Shown one piece after another: positions 53,498 to 61,352 of a stretch of 64,000 nt of DNA (the stretch's first letter is position 1; every line of letters begins with the position of its first letter). The notes under the pieces were generated by a model. The model saw nothing but the letters and a program-made list of their open reading frames with translations. It was not told the origin of the DNA and made no database searches. The translations under genes were made by a program, and so were the position numbers. Source of the stretch: an uncultured Gemmatimonadota bacterium (GTDB lineage: Bacteria; Gemmatimonadota; Gemmatimonadetes; Palauibacterales; Palauibacteraceae); contig CAZCLY010000013.1 of the NCBI GenBank assembly GCA_964499635.1, positions 62,329 through 126,328 of the forward strand. The letters are read 5' to 3'.

Positions 53498-53860
53498 CTA
53501 CGGCGGCTCCGGGACGAACAGCGGCCGCACCGCCACGTACCACCCGAGCTCCTCGCCCATGCGGCCGGCGGGGTGGAGGGACGCGAGCTCGACCGCCTCC
53601 TCCAGGTCGTCGGCCTCGACGACGAACACGCCACCGATCTCCTTCGACTCGATGAACGGCCCGTCGGTGATCAGGCGCTCTCCGCCCCGGCTGCGCACGA
53701 TCCTGCCGCCTCCCGCGAGGCCCGCGTACAGCTGCACGCGCTCGTCGGCCGCGAGCTCCTCGTCGTACGCGCGGCAGCGATCCATGTAGACCTGCCGCTC
53801 CTCCTCGGTCAGCTTCTCCCACGCCGATCCGTCCCCACAGGCCAGGCACAGGTACTTCAT
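53498..53860 (-). CDS. YCII-related domain protein
   Basis: ATG 53860 after GGAGGAGG; overlaps the stop of the upstream VOC gene (ATGA). Profile MKYLCLACGDGSAWEKLTEEERQVYMDRCRAYDEEL...LITDGPF.E.KE..GG....EA.DL.EA.E.A...P. The 60 upstream codons of the track ORF are not protein-like. Confidence 0.75.
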   Translation of the reverse strand: MKYLCLACGDGSAWEKLTEEERQVYMDRCRAYDEELAADERVQLYAGLAGGGRIVRSRGGERLITDGPFIESKEIGGVFVVEADDLEEAVELASLHPAGRMGEELGWYVAVRPLFVPEPP

Positions 53861-54276
53861 CCGTCCTCCTCCGCCAGGTTGCCGTTGATGATCCACGCGG
53901 TCCCGTAGCGGTCGACGAGCATGCCGAAGCGCTCGGCCCAGAAGGTCCCCTGTATGGGCATCTTCACGTCGGCCCCATCCGCGAACGCGGCGAAGATGCG
54001 CTCGGCATCGGCGGCCCCGTCGACGTTGAGCGCCACCCACATGGTCCGCGACGTGCCGTCGCCCGGAGGCGGTCCGTCGGAGCCGTACAGCTCGGCGCCG
54101 CCGGCGATCAGCCGGGCGTGCATGATCCCGCGGTGGGACTCCGGCGGCATCTCGCTCGCCATCGGCGACTCGCCGTACGTCAGGATCCCGGTGATCTCGC
54201 CGCCCAGGACGTCACGGTAGAACTCGAACGCCTCCCGGCAGCGCCCATCGAAGTTGAGGTATGGAATGGACCGCAT
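53857..54276 (-). CDS. VOC-family (glyoxalase/PhnB-like) protein
   Basis: ATG 54276 after GGGAGA. PhnB-like profile: MRSIPYLNFDGRCREAFEFYRDVLGGEI ... GTFWAERFGMLVDRYGTAWIIN. Confidence 0.75.
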   Translation of the reverse strand: MRSIPYLNFDGRCREAFEFYRDVLGGEITGILTYGESPMASEMPPESHRGIMHARLIAGGAELYGSDGPPPGDGTSRTMWVALNVDGAADAERIFAAFADGADVKMPIQGTFWAERFGMLVDRYGTAWIINGNLAEEDG

Positions 54277-54494
54277 GGCTCGTCTCCCGTGGTTCCGGAT
54301 GTGGATACGGGCCGGCGGAGGGACGGCGTGTGGCCCGCCGCCGACGTTCTTCACTCCATGGTCGAGCGGAGGGAGACGGATTCGACAGCCGGCACTCGGC
54401 CGCCGGGCAGCTAGATGCGAAGGGCCTCGTATCTCCGGCGTCGCGACCCCACCCGCGCCGCGTCGGAGGGGGCGCGCCGTCTACGGGACCGGAG

Positions 54495-54860
54495 TCAGCC
54501 GCGCCAGCGCGAGCCGTCCGGGACGAGCGGGCGGACCTCCATCACCCCGCCCACGGCGAGCGTCGGGAAGCGGGCGGCGATCTCGGTCGCCTCCGAGAGG
54601 TCGCCGCACTCGATGAGGTGGTAACCCCCGAGGTGCTCCTTGGTCTCCATGAAGGGGCCATCGGTCACGGGCGCCCGGCCATCGTGACGGACCGTACGGC
54701 CCATGGCGGCGGGCTGGAGCTTGGCGGTGGCCAGGTGGCGGCCGGTGCGATCGAGATCGTCGAGCACGGCGTGGTACTCGTCCATGATCGCTTCGCGCTC
54801 GAACCTCGGGATCGCTTCCCACGCCTCCTCGTTGAACCGGCACAAGAGCAGATACTGCAT
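54495..54860 (-). CDS. YCII-related domain protein
   Basis: ATG 54860 after GAGGAG, 13 nt downstream of the sigma-factor stop. MQYLLLCRFNEEAWEAIPRFEREAIMDEYHAVLDDL...VTDGPFMETKEHLGGYHLIECGDLSEATEIAARFP. Confidence 0.75.
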   Translation of the reverse strand: MQYLLLCRFNEEAWEAIPRFEREAIMDEYHAVLDDLDRTGRHLATAKLQPAAMGRTVRHDGRAPVTDGPFMETKEHLGGYHLIECGDLSEATEIAARFPTLAVGGVMEVRPLVPDGSRWRG

Positions 54861-54873
54861 CGGGTCTCCTCGA

Positions 54874-56232
54874 TCACTCGTTGGTGTCGTCCGTCGTCGC
54901 CTCCCCGGCGACCCCCGCCAGCCTTCCCTCGAGAAATGCGCGCTGCGACGCCTCTCCGGTGAGCTCGAGGGCACGTCGATAGGCGTCGGCCGCCTCGGCA
55001 TTCCGCCCGAGCCGGCGGCACAGATCCGCCCTCGTCGCGTGAGCCAGGCGATATTCGGCGAGCTCGCCCGACTCGAGCAACTCGTCGACGGCCTCGAGAC
55101 CGGCCGCGGGTCCGTCGCGCATGGCGACCGCCACCGCCCGGTTGAGCGCCACCACGGGCGAAGGCTCGATCCGGAGCAGCAGGTCGTAGAGCGCCGTGAT
55201 CTGGGTCCAGTCGGTGTCTGCCACCGAGGGCGCCTCGGCGTGCACCGCCGCGATGGCCGCCTGGAGCGTGAACGGGCCGAACCGGCGCGACGACAGCGCC
55301 CGCTGCACCAGGGTGGCTCCTTCCTCGATGAGCCCCCGGTCCCAGCGCGACCGGTCCTGATCCTCGAGCAGCACGAGACTGCCCGCCGGGGTCGTGCGGG
55401 CCGGCCGGCGGGCTTCGTGGAGGAGCATCAGGGCGAGGAGTCCCTCCACCTCGGGCTCGGGCAGGAGCTCGACGAGCAGGCGGCCCAACCGGATCGCCTC
55501 GTCGCTCACATCGGGACGGGTGAGCCCGTCCCCCGCCGAGGCGAAGTAGCCTTCGTTGAACACGAGGTATACGACGCGCAGCACGGTGTCGAGCCGCTCG
55601 GGGAGCTCGGCGCGCGCGGGCACCTCGTACGGGATGCCGGCGTCGCGGATCTTCGACTTGGCGCGCACGATGCGCTGCGCCAGCGTCGGCGTGCGGAGCA
55701 GGAAGGCGTGCGCGATCTCCTCGGTCGTGAGGCCACACACCTCCCGGAGCGTGAGCGCGATGCGCGCGTCGGCCGACAACGCGGGGTGACAGCAGGTGAA
55801 GATCAGACGCAGGCGATCGTCCACCAGACCGCTGTCATCGTCCAGACGCTCGGCCACCTCGTCGCCATCGGGCGTCTCGAGCCGGAACTGGTGGACGATC
55901 TCGGCCTCGGTGCGCGCGTCGTCGAGCTTCGATCGGCGGCGTAGCCGGTCGATCGCCCGGAAGCGCCCGGCCGAGATGAGCCAGCCGCGCGGGTTGCCAG
56001 GGATGCCGTCGCGCGGCCAGGTGCGGAGCGCCGCCTCGAAGGCATCGTGCAGGGCCTCCTCGGCGAGGTCGAAGTCGCCCAGCAATCGGATGAGGGTGGC
56101 GAGCACGCGCCGGGATTCATTCCGATAGACCTCCTCCACCGCGTCGTGCACCGGGGAGGCATCCGTGTCGCGCGCCGGGGTGTCGGCGGCCGGACGGGCC
56201 GGGTCGCGCGCACGGGAGGATCCGGATCTCAT
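54874..56232 (-). CDS. ECF-type RNA polymerase sigma factor with C-terminal DUF6596-like domain
   Basis: ATG 56232 after AGGGA. Sigma-70 region 2 (RVLATLIRLLGDFDLAEEALHDAFEAALRTW) and region 4 (ALTLREVCGLTTEEIAHAFLLRTPTLAQRIVRAKSKIR). Long helical C-terminal extension. 452 aa. Confidence 0.8.
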   Translation of the reverse strand: MRSGSSRARDPARPAADTPARDTDASPVHDAVEEVYRNESRRVLATLIRLLGDFDLAEEALHDAFEAALRTWPRDGIPGNPRGWLISAGRFRAIDRLRRRSKLDDARTEAEIVHQFRLETPDGDEVAERLDDDSGLVDDRLRLIFTCCHPALSADARIALTLREVCGLTTEEIAHAFLLRTPTLAQRIVRAKSKIRDAGIPYEVPARAELPERLDTVLRVVYLVFNEGYFASAGDGLTRPDVSDEAIRLGRLLVELLPEPEVEGLLALMLLHEARRPARTTPAGSLVLLEDQDRSRWDRGLIEEGATLVQRALSSRRFGPFTLQAAIAAVHAEAPSVADTDWTQITALYDLLLRIEPSPVVALNRAVAVAMRDGPAAGLEAVDELLESGELAEYRLAHATRADLCRRLGRNAEAADAYRRALELTGEASQRAFLEGRLAGVAGEATTDDTNE

Positions 56233-56289
56233 GGCGTGTTTCCCTGGGTGTGCGGAACGACCGCTCGCGGAAGGTGGCGGGTGTCCCGA

Positions 56290-56631
56290 CCATCTACCCG
56301 ACCTCGGCCGCGGCGTTTCCCGAGGACCTCGGATCGGCCGGATCTCGATGCTCCCCGCCCGTCCGGACGGGAGCCCGGCGGCCAGCCGAATCGCCTCGTT
56401 GAGGTCGCGCGCCTCCACCACGAGCACGCGGCTCAGATGCTCGCCGCCGTTCGTCGCGGGTCCGTCGGTCGTGATGGGTCGGCCCACGCGGACGCGGACG
56501 GTCGTGGCCGCACGCACGGAGTGCAGTGGCTCCGCGCTCACCAGGTGACCGCTGCGGCCCAGCTCGGCCTCGCAAGCGTCGGATTCGAATCGACACGTGG
56601 TGGATCGGGCCCGACCCGATTCGCACGCCAT
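56290..56631 (-). pseudogene. remnant of a YCII-domain gene, start-less, fused in-frame to the 5' end of the sigma-factor ORF
   Basis: Upstream in-frame codons of the track ORF 54874..56631 read VRVGRPITTDGPATNGGEHLSRVLVVEARDLNEAIRLAAGLPSGRAGSIEIRPI. This matches the C-terminal half of the YCII proteins at 53498 and 54495 (VTDGPFMETKEHLGGYHLIECGDLSEATEIAARFP...VMEVRPL). No proper N-terminal half or start. Confidence 0.3.
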
Positions 56632-56678
56632 CTCCGGTCCGACGGCCTCGGGAACACGGCCGCGGGAGTGTGGACCAC

Positions 56679-56738
56679 CGGGGAACCTGGCTGCCGAACA
56701 GGTTCACGAGGCCATCCCCGGTCGCCGGCGGGGCCCCG
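56679..56738. repeat. copy A of a ~45-60 nt dispersed direct repeat (core ACCGGGGA.CCT.G.T.CCGAACAGGTTCACGA.G.CATC)
   Basis: About 35/41 core identity to copy B at 60016-60081. Copy A also folds as a nested hairpin (ACCGGGGA...TCCCCGGT enclosing AACCTG...CAGGTT). Lies 60-120 nt upstream of padR 56805. Confidence 0.4.
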
Positions 56739-56767
56739 GAGAGCTTGTGCGAGTCTCCGTACGGCCA

Positions 56768-56786
56768 TATATCAGTAACTGATATA
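56768..56786. promoter_or_regulatory. perfect 19-bp AT-rich palindrome TATATCAGTAACTGATATA 19 nt upstream of the padR start; candidate PadR autoregulatory operator
   Basis: Read from the sequence. 9-nt arms around a single central base. Overlaps the expected -10/RBS-proximal region of padR (AGGAG at 56792-56796). AT-rich in a roughly 70% GC context. Confidence 0.45.
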
Positions 56787-56804
56787 CAGGCCAGGAGACA
56801 CGCT

Positions 56805-57158
56805 ATGGCCAGTTCGAGCCCCGAGCCGCCGTTCAAGATCACGCCGATCGTGCTTCACGTCCTGCTGTCGCTCGGCGACGACGAGGCGCACGGGTACGCG
56901 ATCATGGTCGAGGTGACCGCGCGCACGGGCGGGCGGGTGAAGATCGGGCCCGGCTCCCTGTACTTCACCTTGAGCCGGCTGGCCGACGCCGGGCTCATCG
57001 AGGAGGTGGAGGATGGGGGAGGGGACGACGAACGCCGGCGTACCTACCGTTTGACCCCGTACGGGCGCTCCATCCTCGTGTCGGAGCTCGAGATGATGTC
57101 CGACATCGTCCGCTCGGCCCGCGACAAGCGGCTGCTGCGCGACGCGAGCGCCGCCTGA
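56805..57158 (+). CDS. PadR-family transcriptional regulator
   Basis: ATG 56805 after AGGAG. PadR signature ITPIVLHVLLSLGDDEAHGYAIMVEV......GRVKIGPGSLYFTLSRLADAGLIEE.......RRRTYRLTPYGR. The stop is 3 nt before the ADOP start. Confidence 0.85.
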   Translation: MASSSPEPPFKITPIVLHVLLSLGDDEAHGYAIMVEVTARTGGRVKIGPGSLYFTLSRLADAGLIEEVEDGGGDDERRRTYRLTPYGRSILVSELEMMSDIVRSARDKRLLRDASAA

Positions 57159-57161
57159 CCG

Positions 57162-59864
57162 GTGCGCCCCGTCGAGCCGACGTCGTTCGGGGAACGGCTG
57201 TTCCGCGCCTCCCTGCTCCTCTTCCCGCGCGCGTTCCGGCGCGCCTACGGGGAGGAGATGATCCATACGTACCAGGAGTACGTACGCGACTCCGAGCGGC
57301 CGGGCGTGCGCCTCGCCCTTCACCTCGTGGCTGACACGGTGTGGGCCGCGTTGCGGGCGCACCGCCATCGAACGACTCGTCGACGGGTGGCTCCTTCGGG
57401 CCCCGGGAAGGATCGAGATCCCATGCTGGCCGTTCTGGGCGACCACATCCGGCTGTCGGTGCGCACCCTCACCCGGCACCCCGGCTTCGCTGCGATCACG
57501 ATCGTGACCCTCGGGCTAGGGATCGGGGCGACCACGGCGATCTACAGCGTCGTCGAGGCGGTGCTCCTCAACCCGCTCCCCTACGCGCAGGCGGGCGACC
57601 TCGTCTGGGTCCAGAACCGATACCTGCCGGGCGGTGGCGTCGGGGGCGTCTCGCCGGCCGAGCTCGCCGAGTACCGCGGGTCCGCCGGGGCCTTCGAGGG
57701 GCTCGCGGCCCTGTCCCTGGAGTCGGACAACCTCACGGGTCTCGACACGCCGCTGCGGCTCCAGGGTCTCCGTGTGTCGGGGTCCTACTTCGACCTGCTA
57801 CGCGTCCCGTTCGCGGCCGGTCGCGGGTTCACGCCCGAGGAAGAGAGTCCCGGCGGCCCTCGCCCGGTCGTCATCAGCCACCGGCTGTGGCAGATGGCCC
57901 TCGGGGGCGATCCCGCGGTCCTCGGCCGCACCCTCGTCATGGGCGGCGTGTCACGCACGATCGTCGGCGTCGTGAGCCCCGGGCACACGCCGCTCGCCGG
58001 ATACCTGTTCCCCGGTCGGAGTGTGGATTTCTGGACCCCCGCCGTGATCGACCCGGCGACGTTCGACGACAGGACGGTCGAGATCCACAGCCTGTTCGTC
58101 CTCGGGCGTCTGGCGCCGGGCGTCGAGCCGCCGGGTGCCGAACGGGCGCTCCTCCCGGCCGTGGCGCGTCTCGAAGCGAGGTATCCGGGGATCTCCTCGG
58201 CCGGCAGCCGCGACGTCGCCGTGACGCCGCTCCAGGATCGGATCGTCGGCGATGTCGGGTCGACGCTGTGGGTCGTCCTGGCGGCGGTCGGCCTCCTCCT
58301 CCTGCTGGCCTGCATCAACGTGGCGAACATGCTGCTCGCCCGCGGAGAGGCCCGACTCGGCGAGTCGTCCATCCACTCGGCGCTCGGGGCCGGCCGGTCA
58401 CGGCTCGCGCTGCGGGCGTTGACGGAAAGCGCTCTCATCGGGTTGTGCGGCGGCGGGCTCGGCATCCTCCTCGCCTTCTGGGCACAGAAGGGCCTGGTGC
58501 GACTCGCTCCGCCCTCGTTCCCGCGCGTCGACGAGATCGGCCTCGATGTGCGGGTCCTCGCGTTCTGCGCCGGGATCTCCCTCGTGGCGGGCGCCCTCGC
58601 GGGGTCGCTCCCCTCGCTCCGGCTGGCGCGCTCGGAACCCTTCCAGGAGCTCAAGGCCTCCGGCAGGGGCGGGGCCCTCGGACGCCGTCGGACCATCCTG
58701 CGCCGGGCGCTGGTGGTCGCGCAGGTGGCCGGCGCCGTGGTGATCGCGTCGGCCGCGGGGCTTCTCGGACGGACGCTGGTCGCGCTACGCGCGGTGGACC
58801 CGGGCTTCCAGCCCGAGGATCTCCTCAGCTTCCAGGTCAACGCCCCGCGGGCGAGCTACGGGGATCCGGCGGCCATCCGCGCCCTGTATCGCACGCTGCT
58901 CGAGGACATCGATGCCCTGCCGGGTGTCGCCGCCGCGGCGGCGTCGTGGCAGACCCCCCTCCAGACCGGGATGAGCGATTGGCCGGTTCGTCCGAAAGCC
59001 GAGGAGAGCGAGTGGGTCAGCGCGGACCCCAACGTGGTGACGAACGACTACTTCGAGACGTTCGGGATCCGGCTCGTCGAGGGCCGGCTGTTCGACGAGT
59101 CCGACCTCGCCCGACCCGAAGGGTCCGTGCTCGTGAGCGAGACCGCGGCCCGCCGGTTGTTCGCGGACGGCCGGGCGGTCGGACGTCTGGTGAACGTGAA
59201 CTTCGATCGGCCCGTATGGCGCGAGGTCGTGGGAATCGTCCACGATGTCCGCATCCGGGGTCTGGGGAGCGAGCCCGGACCCCAGACGTACTTCACGCTT
59301 TCGGCCCTGCCGTTCGGCCCGAGCCCGTCGCTCATGGTCACCGTCCGGACGCGGCGGTCGGCCGCCGACCTGCGGGGGGCTATGGTGGACATCATGCGCC
59401 GGCTGGACCCCGACATCCCGCTCGGGGCGGTGACGTCGATGGAGGACCAGGTGGGGGTCTCCGTCGCCCGCGAGCGATTCCTGACGATGCTCCTCGGCGC
59501 GTTCGCCGGCACGGCGCTGCTGCTCGGCGCGATCGGGGTGTACGGGCTGCTGGCCTACGACGTGTCACGCCGGCGTCGCGAGATCGGCCTCCGCATCGCC
59601 CTCGGCGCTCGACCCGCCGTGGTCCTGGGCGGGGTCGTGCGTGGCGCCCTCCTTCTCGGCGCGATCGGGGTCGTCCTCGGAGGGGCCGGCGCCCTCGCGA
59701 CGAGCCGCCTGCTGGAGGGATTTCTGTACGGTGTCTCGAGCACGGATCCGCTGACCGTCACGGGCGTCGCCGGCGTCGTGCTCGCCGCTGCGTTGCTGGC
59801 GGGGTGGGTGCCGGCGAGACGCGCGGCCGCCGTCGACCCCCTGAGCGCGCTACGGGCGGACTGA
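57162..59864 (+). CDS. ADOP-family FtsX permease with N-terminal permease-prefix extension
   Basis: GTG start. Prefix FGERLFRASLLLFPRAFRRAYGEEMIHTYQEYVRD. Core LAVLGDHIRLSVRTLTRHPGFAAITIVTLGLGIGATTAIYSV. Two FtsX halves (SIHSALGA region / RRRREIGLRIALGA). The parallel plus-frame ORF 57341..59902 is a frame shadow. Confidence 0.85.
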   Translation: MRPVEPTSFGERLFRASLLLFPRAFRRAYGEEMIHTYQEYVRDSERPGVRLALHLVADTVWAALRAHRHRTTRRRVAPSGPGKDRDPMLAVLGDHIRLSVRTLTRHPGFAAITIVTLGLGIGATTAIYSVVEAVLLNPLPYAQAGDLVWVQNRYLPGGGVGGVSPAELAEYRGSAGAFEGLAALSLESDNLTGLDTPLRLQGLRVSGSYFDLLRVPFAAGRGFTPEEESPGGPRPVVISHRLWQMALGGDPAVLGRTLVMGGVSRTIVGVVSPGHTPLAGYLFPGRSVDFWTPAVIDPATFDDRTVEIHSLFVLGRLAPGVEPPGAERALLPAVARLEARYPGISSAGSRDVAVTPLQDRIVGDVGSTLWVVLAAVGLLLLLACINVANMLLARGEARLGESSIHSALGAGRSRLALRALTESALIGLCGGGLGILLAFWAQKGLVRLAPPSFPRVDEIGLDVRVLAFCAGISLVAGALAGSLPSLRLARSEPFQELKASGRGGALGRRRTILRRALVVAQVAGAVVIASAAGLLGRTLVALRAVDPGFQPEDLLSFQVNAPRASYGDPAAIRALYRTLLEDIDALPGVAAAAASWQTPLQTGMSDWPVRPKAEESEWVSADPNVVTNDYFETFGIRLVEGRLFDESDLARPEGSVLVSETAARRLFADGRAVGRLVNVNFDRPVWREVVGIVHDVRIRGLGSEPGPQTYFTLSALPFGPSPSLMVTVRTRRSAADLRGAMVDIMRRLDPDIPLGAVTSMEDQVGVSVARERFLTMLLGAFAGTALLLGAIGVYGLLAYDVSRRRREIGLRIALGARPAVVLGGVVRGALLLGAIGVVLGGAGALATSRLLEGFLYGVSSTDPLTVTGVAGVVLAAALLAGWVPARRAAAVDPLSALRAD

Positions 59865-60015
59865 CCCGCATCGACTACGCAGCGACGCCCGCCTCGGTGT
59901 GAACGCCGCCCGCTGGAAGAACAGGGAGCTCGGTGGCGCCACGCCGTGCTTGCGGAAGGGCGCGACGATCTGTCCGTCCACATCGCGTGCTGGTGTAGCT
60001 CGTCCCAGATTGCCG

Positions 60016-60081
60016 ACCGGGGACCCTCGTTCCCGAACAGGTTCACGATGTCATCGCCGTTCGATGGCCGGGGTGCGCCGG
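60016..60081. repeat. copy B of the dispersed direct repeat (see 56679..56738), about 150 nt downstream of the ADOP stop
   Basis: Shares the exact 16-mer CCGAACAGGTTCACGA and about 85% identity over roughly 41 nt with copy A. The copy A hairpin is not conserved in B. Confidence 0.4.
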
Positions 60082-60360
60082 CCTGCATGGGGGGACGATC
60101 TGTCACCGGGAGGGTGCGAGGTCGGGTCGGAACGTCCCGTGTGAAGAGTCGCCAGCCGGTGGCCTCGGCCGATCTCCCCGTGTGTACCGGGCGTTGATGA
60201 CTGCGGCCGGGGAACGCATAATCCGGCCCGTGTCGTGCGTCGGCATGCGACCACTCGCGAGAGACTCGCCGCCTTCCGACGAGCTCGGCAGCCGGGCGGA
60301 GGGCGTCCGCTCATCGCGCGTCTCCGTCCGCCTGGGCAATAATGACTCCTGGAGGCATCC

Positions 60361-61143
60361 ATGAGCACTGGAAGCGGACCTCGCGCACCGCGGGGTGCCG
60401 GCGCGGGGCGCCTTCCGGCCGTCGGCGCATTCCTGGTGGTGGCGCTCCTCGTCTCCGCCGCGGCGACGTTCGGTGGCTGCGCCCGGGAACGGGACTCGCA
60501 AGCGACGCTCGCCCTCATCGACAGCGTCATGACGGAGCTCGGAGGTCAGGCGATCGGCGTGATGAACCGGACCCAGAGGTGGCGGATGATCAGCTCCGTC
60601 GGACCCGGGCTCCCTCCCCCCGGCTTCGACCGCGAGAACCTGCCCGACCCGGACTCGAGGGGCGCGGCGCTTCTCCAGGCCCATTGCCAGAGCTGTCACT
60701 GGATGCCCGCGCCACAGATGCACAGCGCGCGGGAGTGGCCGCTCCTGCTGAGACGCATGGAGCTGCGCGCCGCCACGCTGGGTGAGCACATGGGTGGTCC
60801 GCTGACCATCGAGCTCCTCGGGAGCGAGCGGCTGCTGGAGGGGATGAGGTGGTCGTACATGCCGTCGGCCGAAGACGCGGACAGCCTGCTCGCCTACCTC
60901 GAGGCCCATGCCATGCCGGTGGCCGGCCCGGGGGAGATCGGTACGGGGGACGACGCGACGCTGTACATCGAGTCCTGCACCCGATGCCACGAGACGCCGT
61001 CGCCGAAGGCCCATACGGCTGCCGAGTGGGCCGGCGTGGTGGGCCGGATGCAGGCGAACATGCCGCAGATGGGCGTCGATCCGCTGAGCGAGGACGTCAG
61101 GTCCCGGATCGTCTCGTTCCTCGAGAGCCACGCGGCGCCCTGA
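60361..61143 (+). CDS. di-haem c-type cytochrome lipoprotein
   Basis: GGAGG RBS. Lipoprotein signal ending AATFGGC. Two CxxCH motifs (CQSCH, CTRCH), each followed by a conserved SAREW/AAEW region, giving an internal duplication. Confidence 0.7.
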   Translation: MSTGSGPRAPRGAGAGRLPAVGAFLVVALLVSAAATFGGCARERDSQATLALIDSVMTELGGQAIGVMNRTQRWRMISSVGPGLPPPGFDRENLPDPDSRGAALLQAHCQSCHWMPAPQMHSAREWPLLLRRMELRAATLGEHMGGPLTIELLGSERLLEGMRWSYMPSAEDADSLLAYLEAHAMPVAGPGEIGTGDDATLYIESCTRCHETPSPKAHTAAEWAGVVGRMQANMPQMGVDPLSEDVRSRIVSFLESHAAP

Positions 61144-61352
61144 TCGAAGGTCGCGCCGGGGAGCCGACATGGAGGCGACCTCGCCGCACGGGGTGGAGCG
61201 AGCCATGCGCTCGCTCCGCGCCCCTCCCGCCGCCCGGCCGGCGGCCGGCGTCGCACTCCGGCCGCGCGGCTTGCCGAGTCCGCCGGGCTCCTCCCACGTT
61301 GCCCACCGATCTCGCGTCCCGTTTTCAGAGCCACTCCAACCCGGGTTCACGC

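Noticed and set aside
56585-56605. tRNA-like T-loop word GATTCGAATC
   Set aside because: A 10-bp palindrome only. The expected G53-C61 closing pair, an acceptor stem and CCA context are absent on either strand. No cloverleaf can be drawn.
57341-59902. 853-aa plus-strand ORF
   Set aside because: Parallel-frame shadow of the ADOP permease 57162..59864. The in-frame reading of the real gene has FtsX motifs; this one does not.
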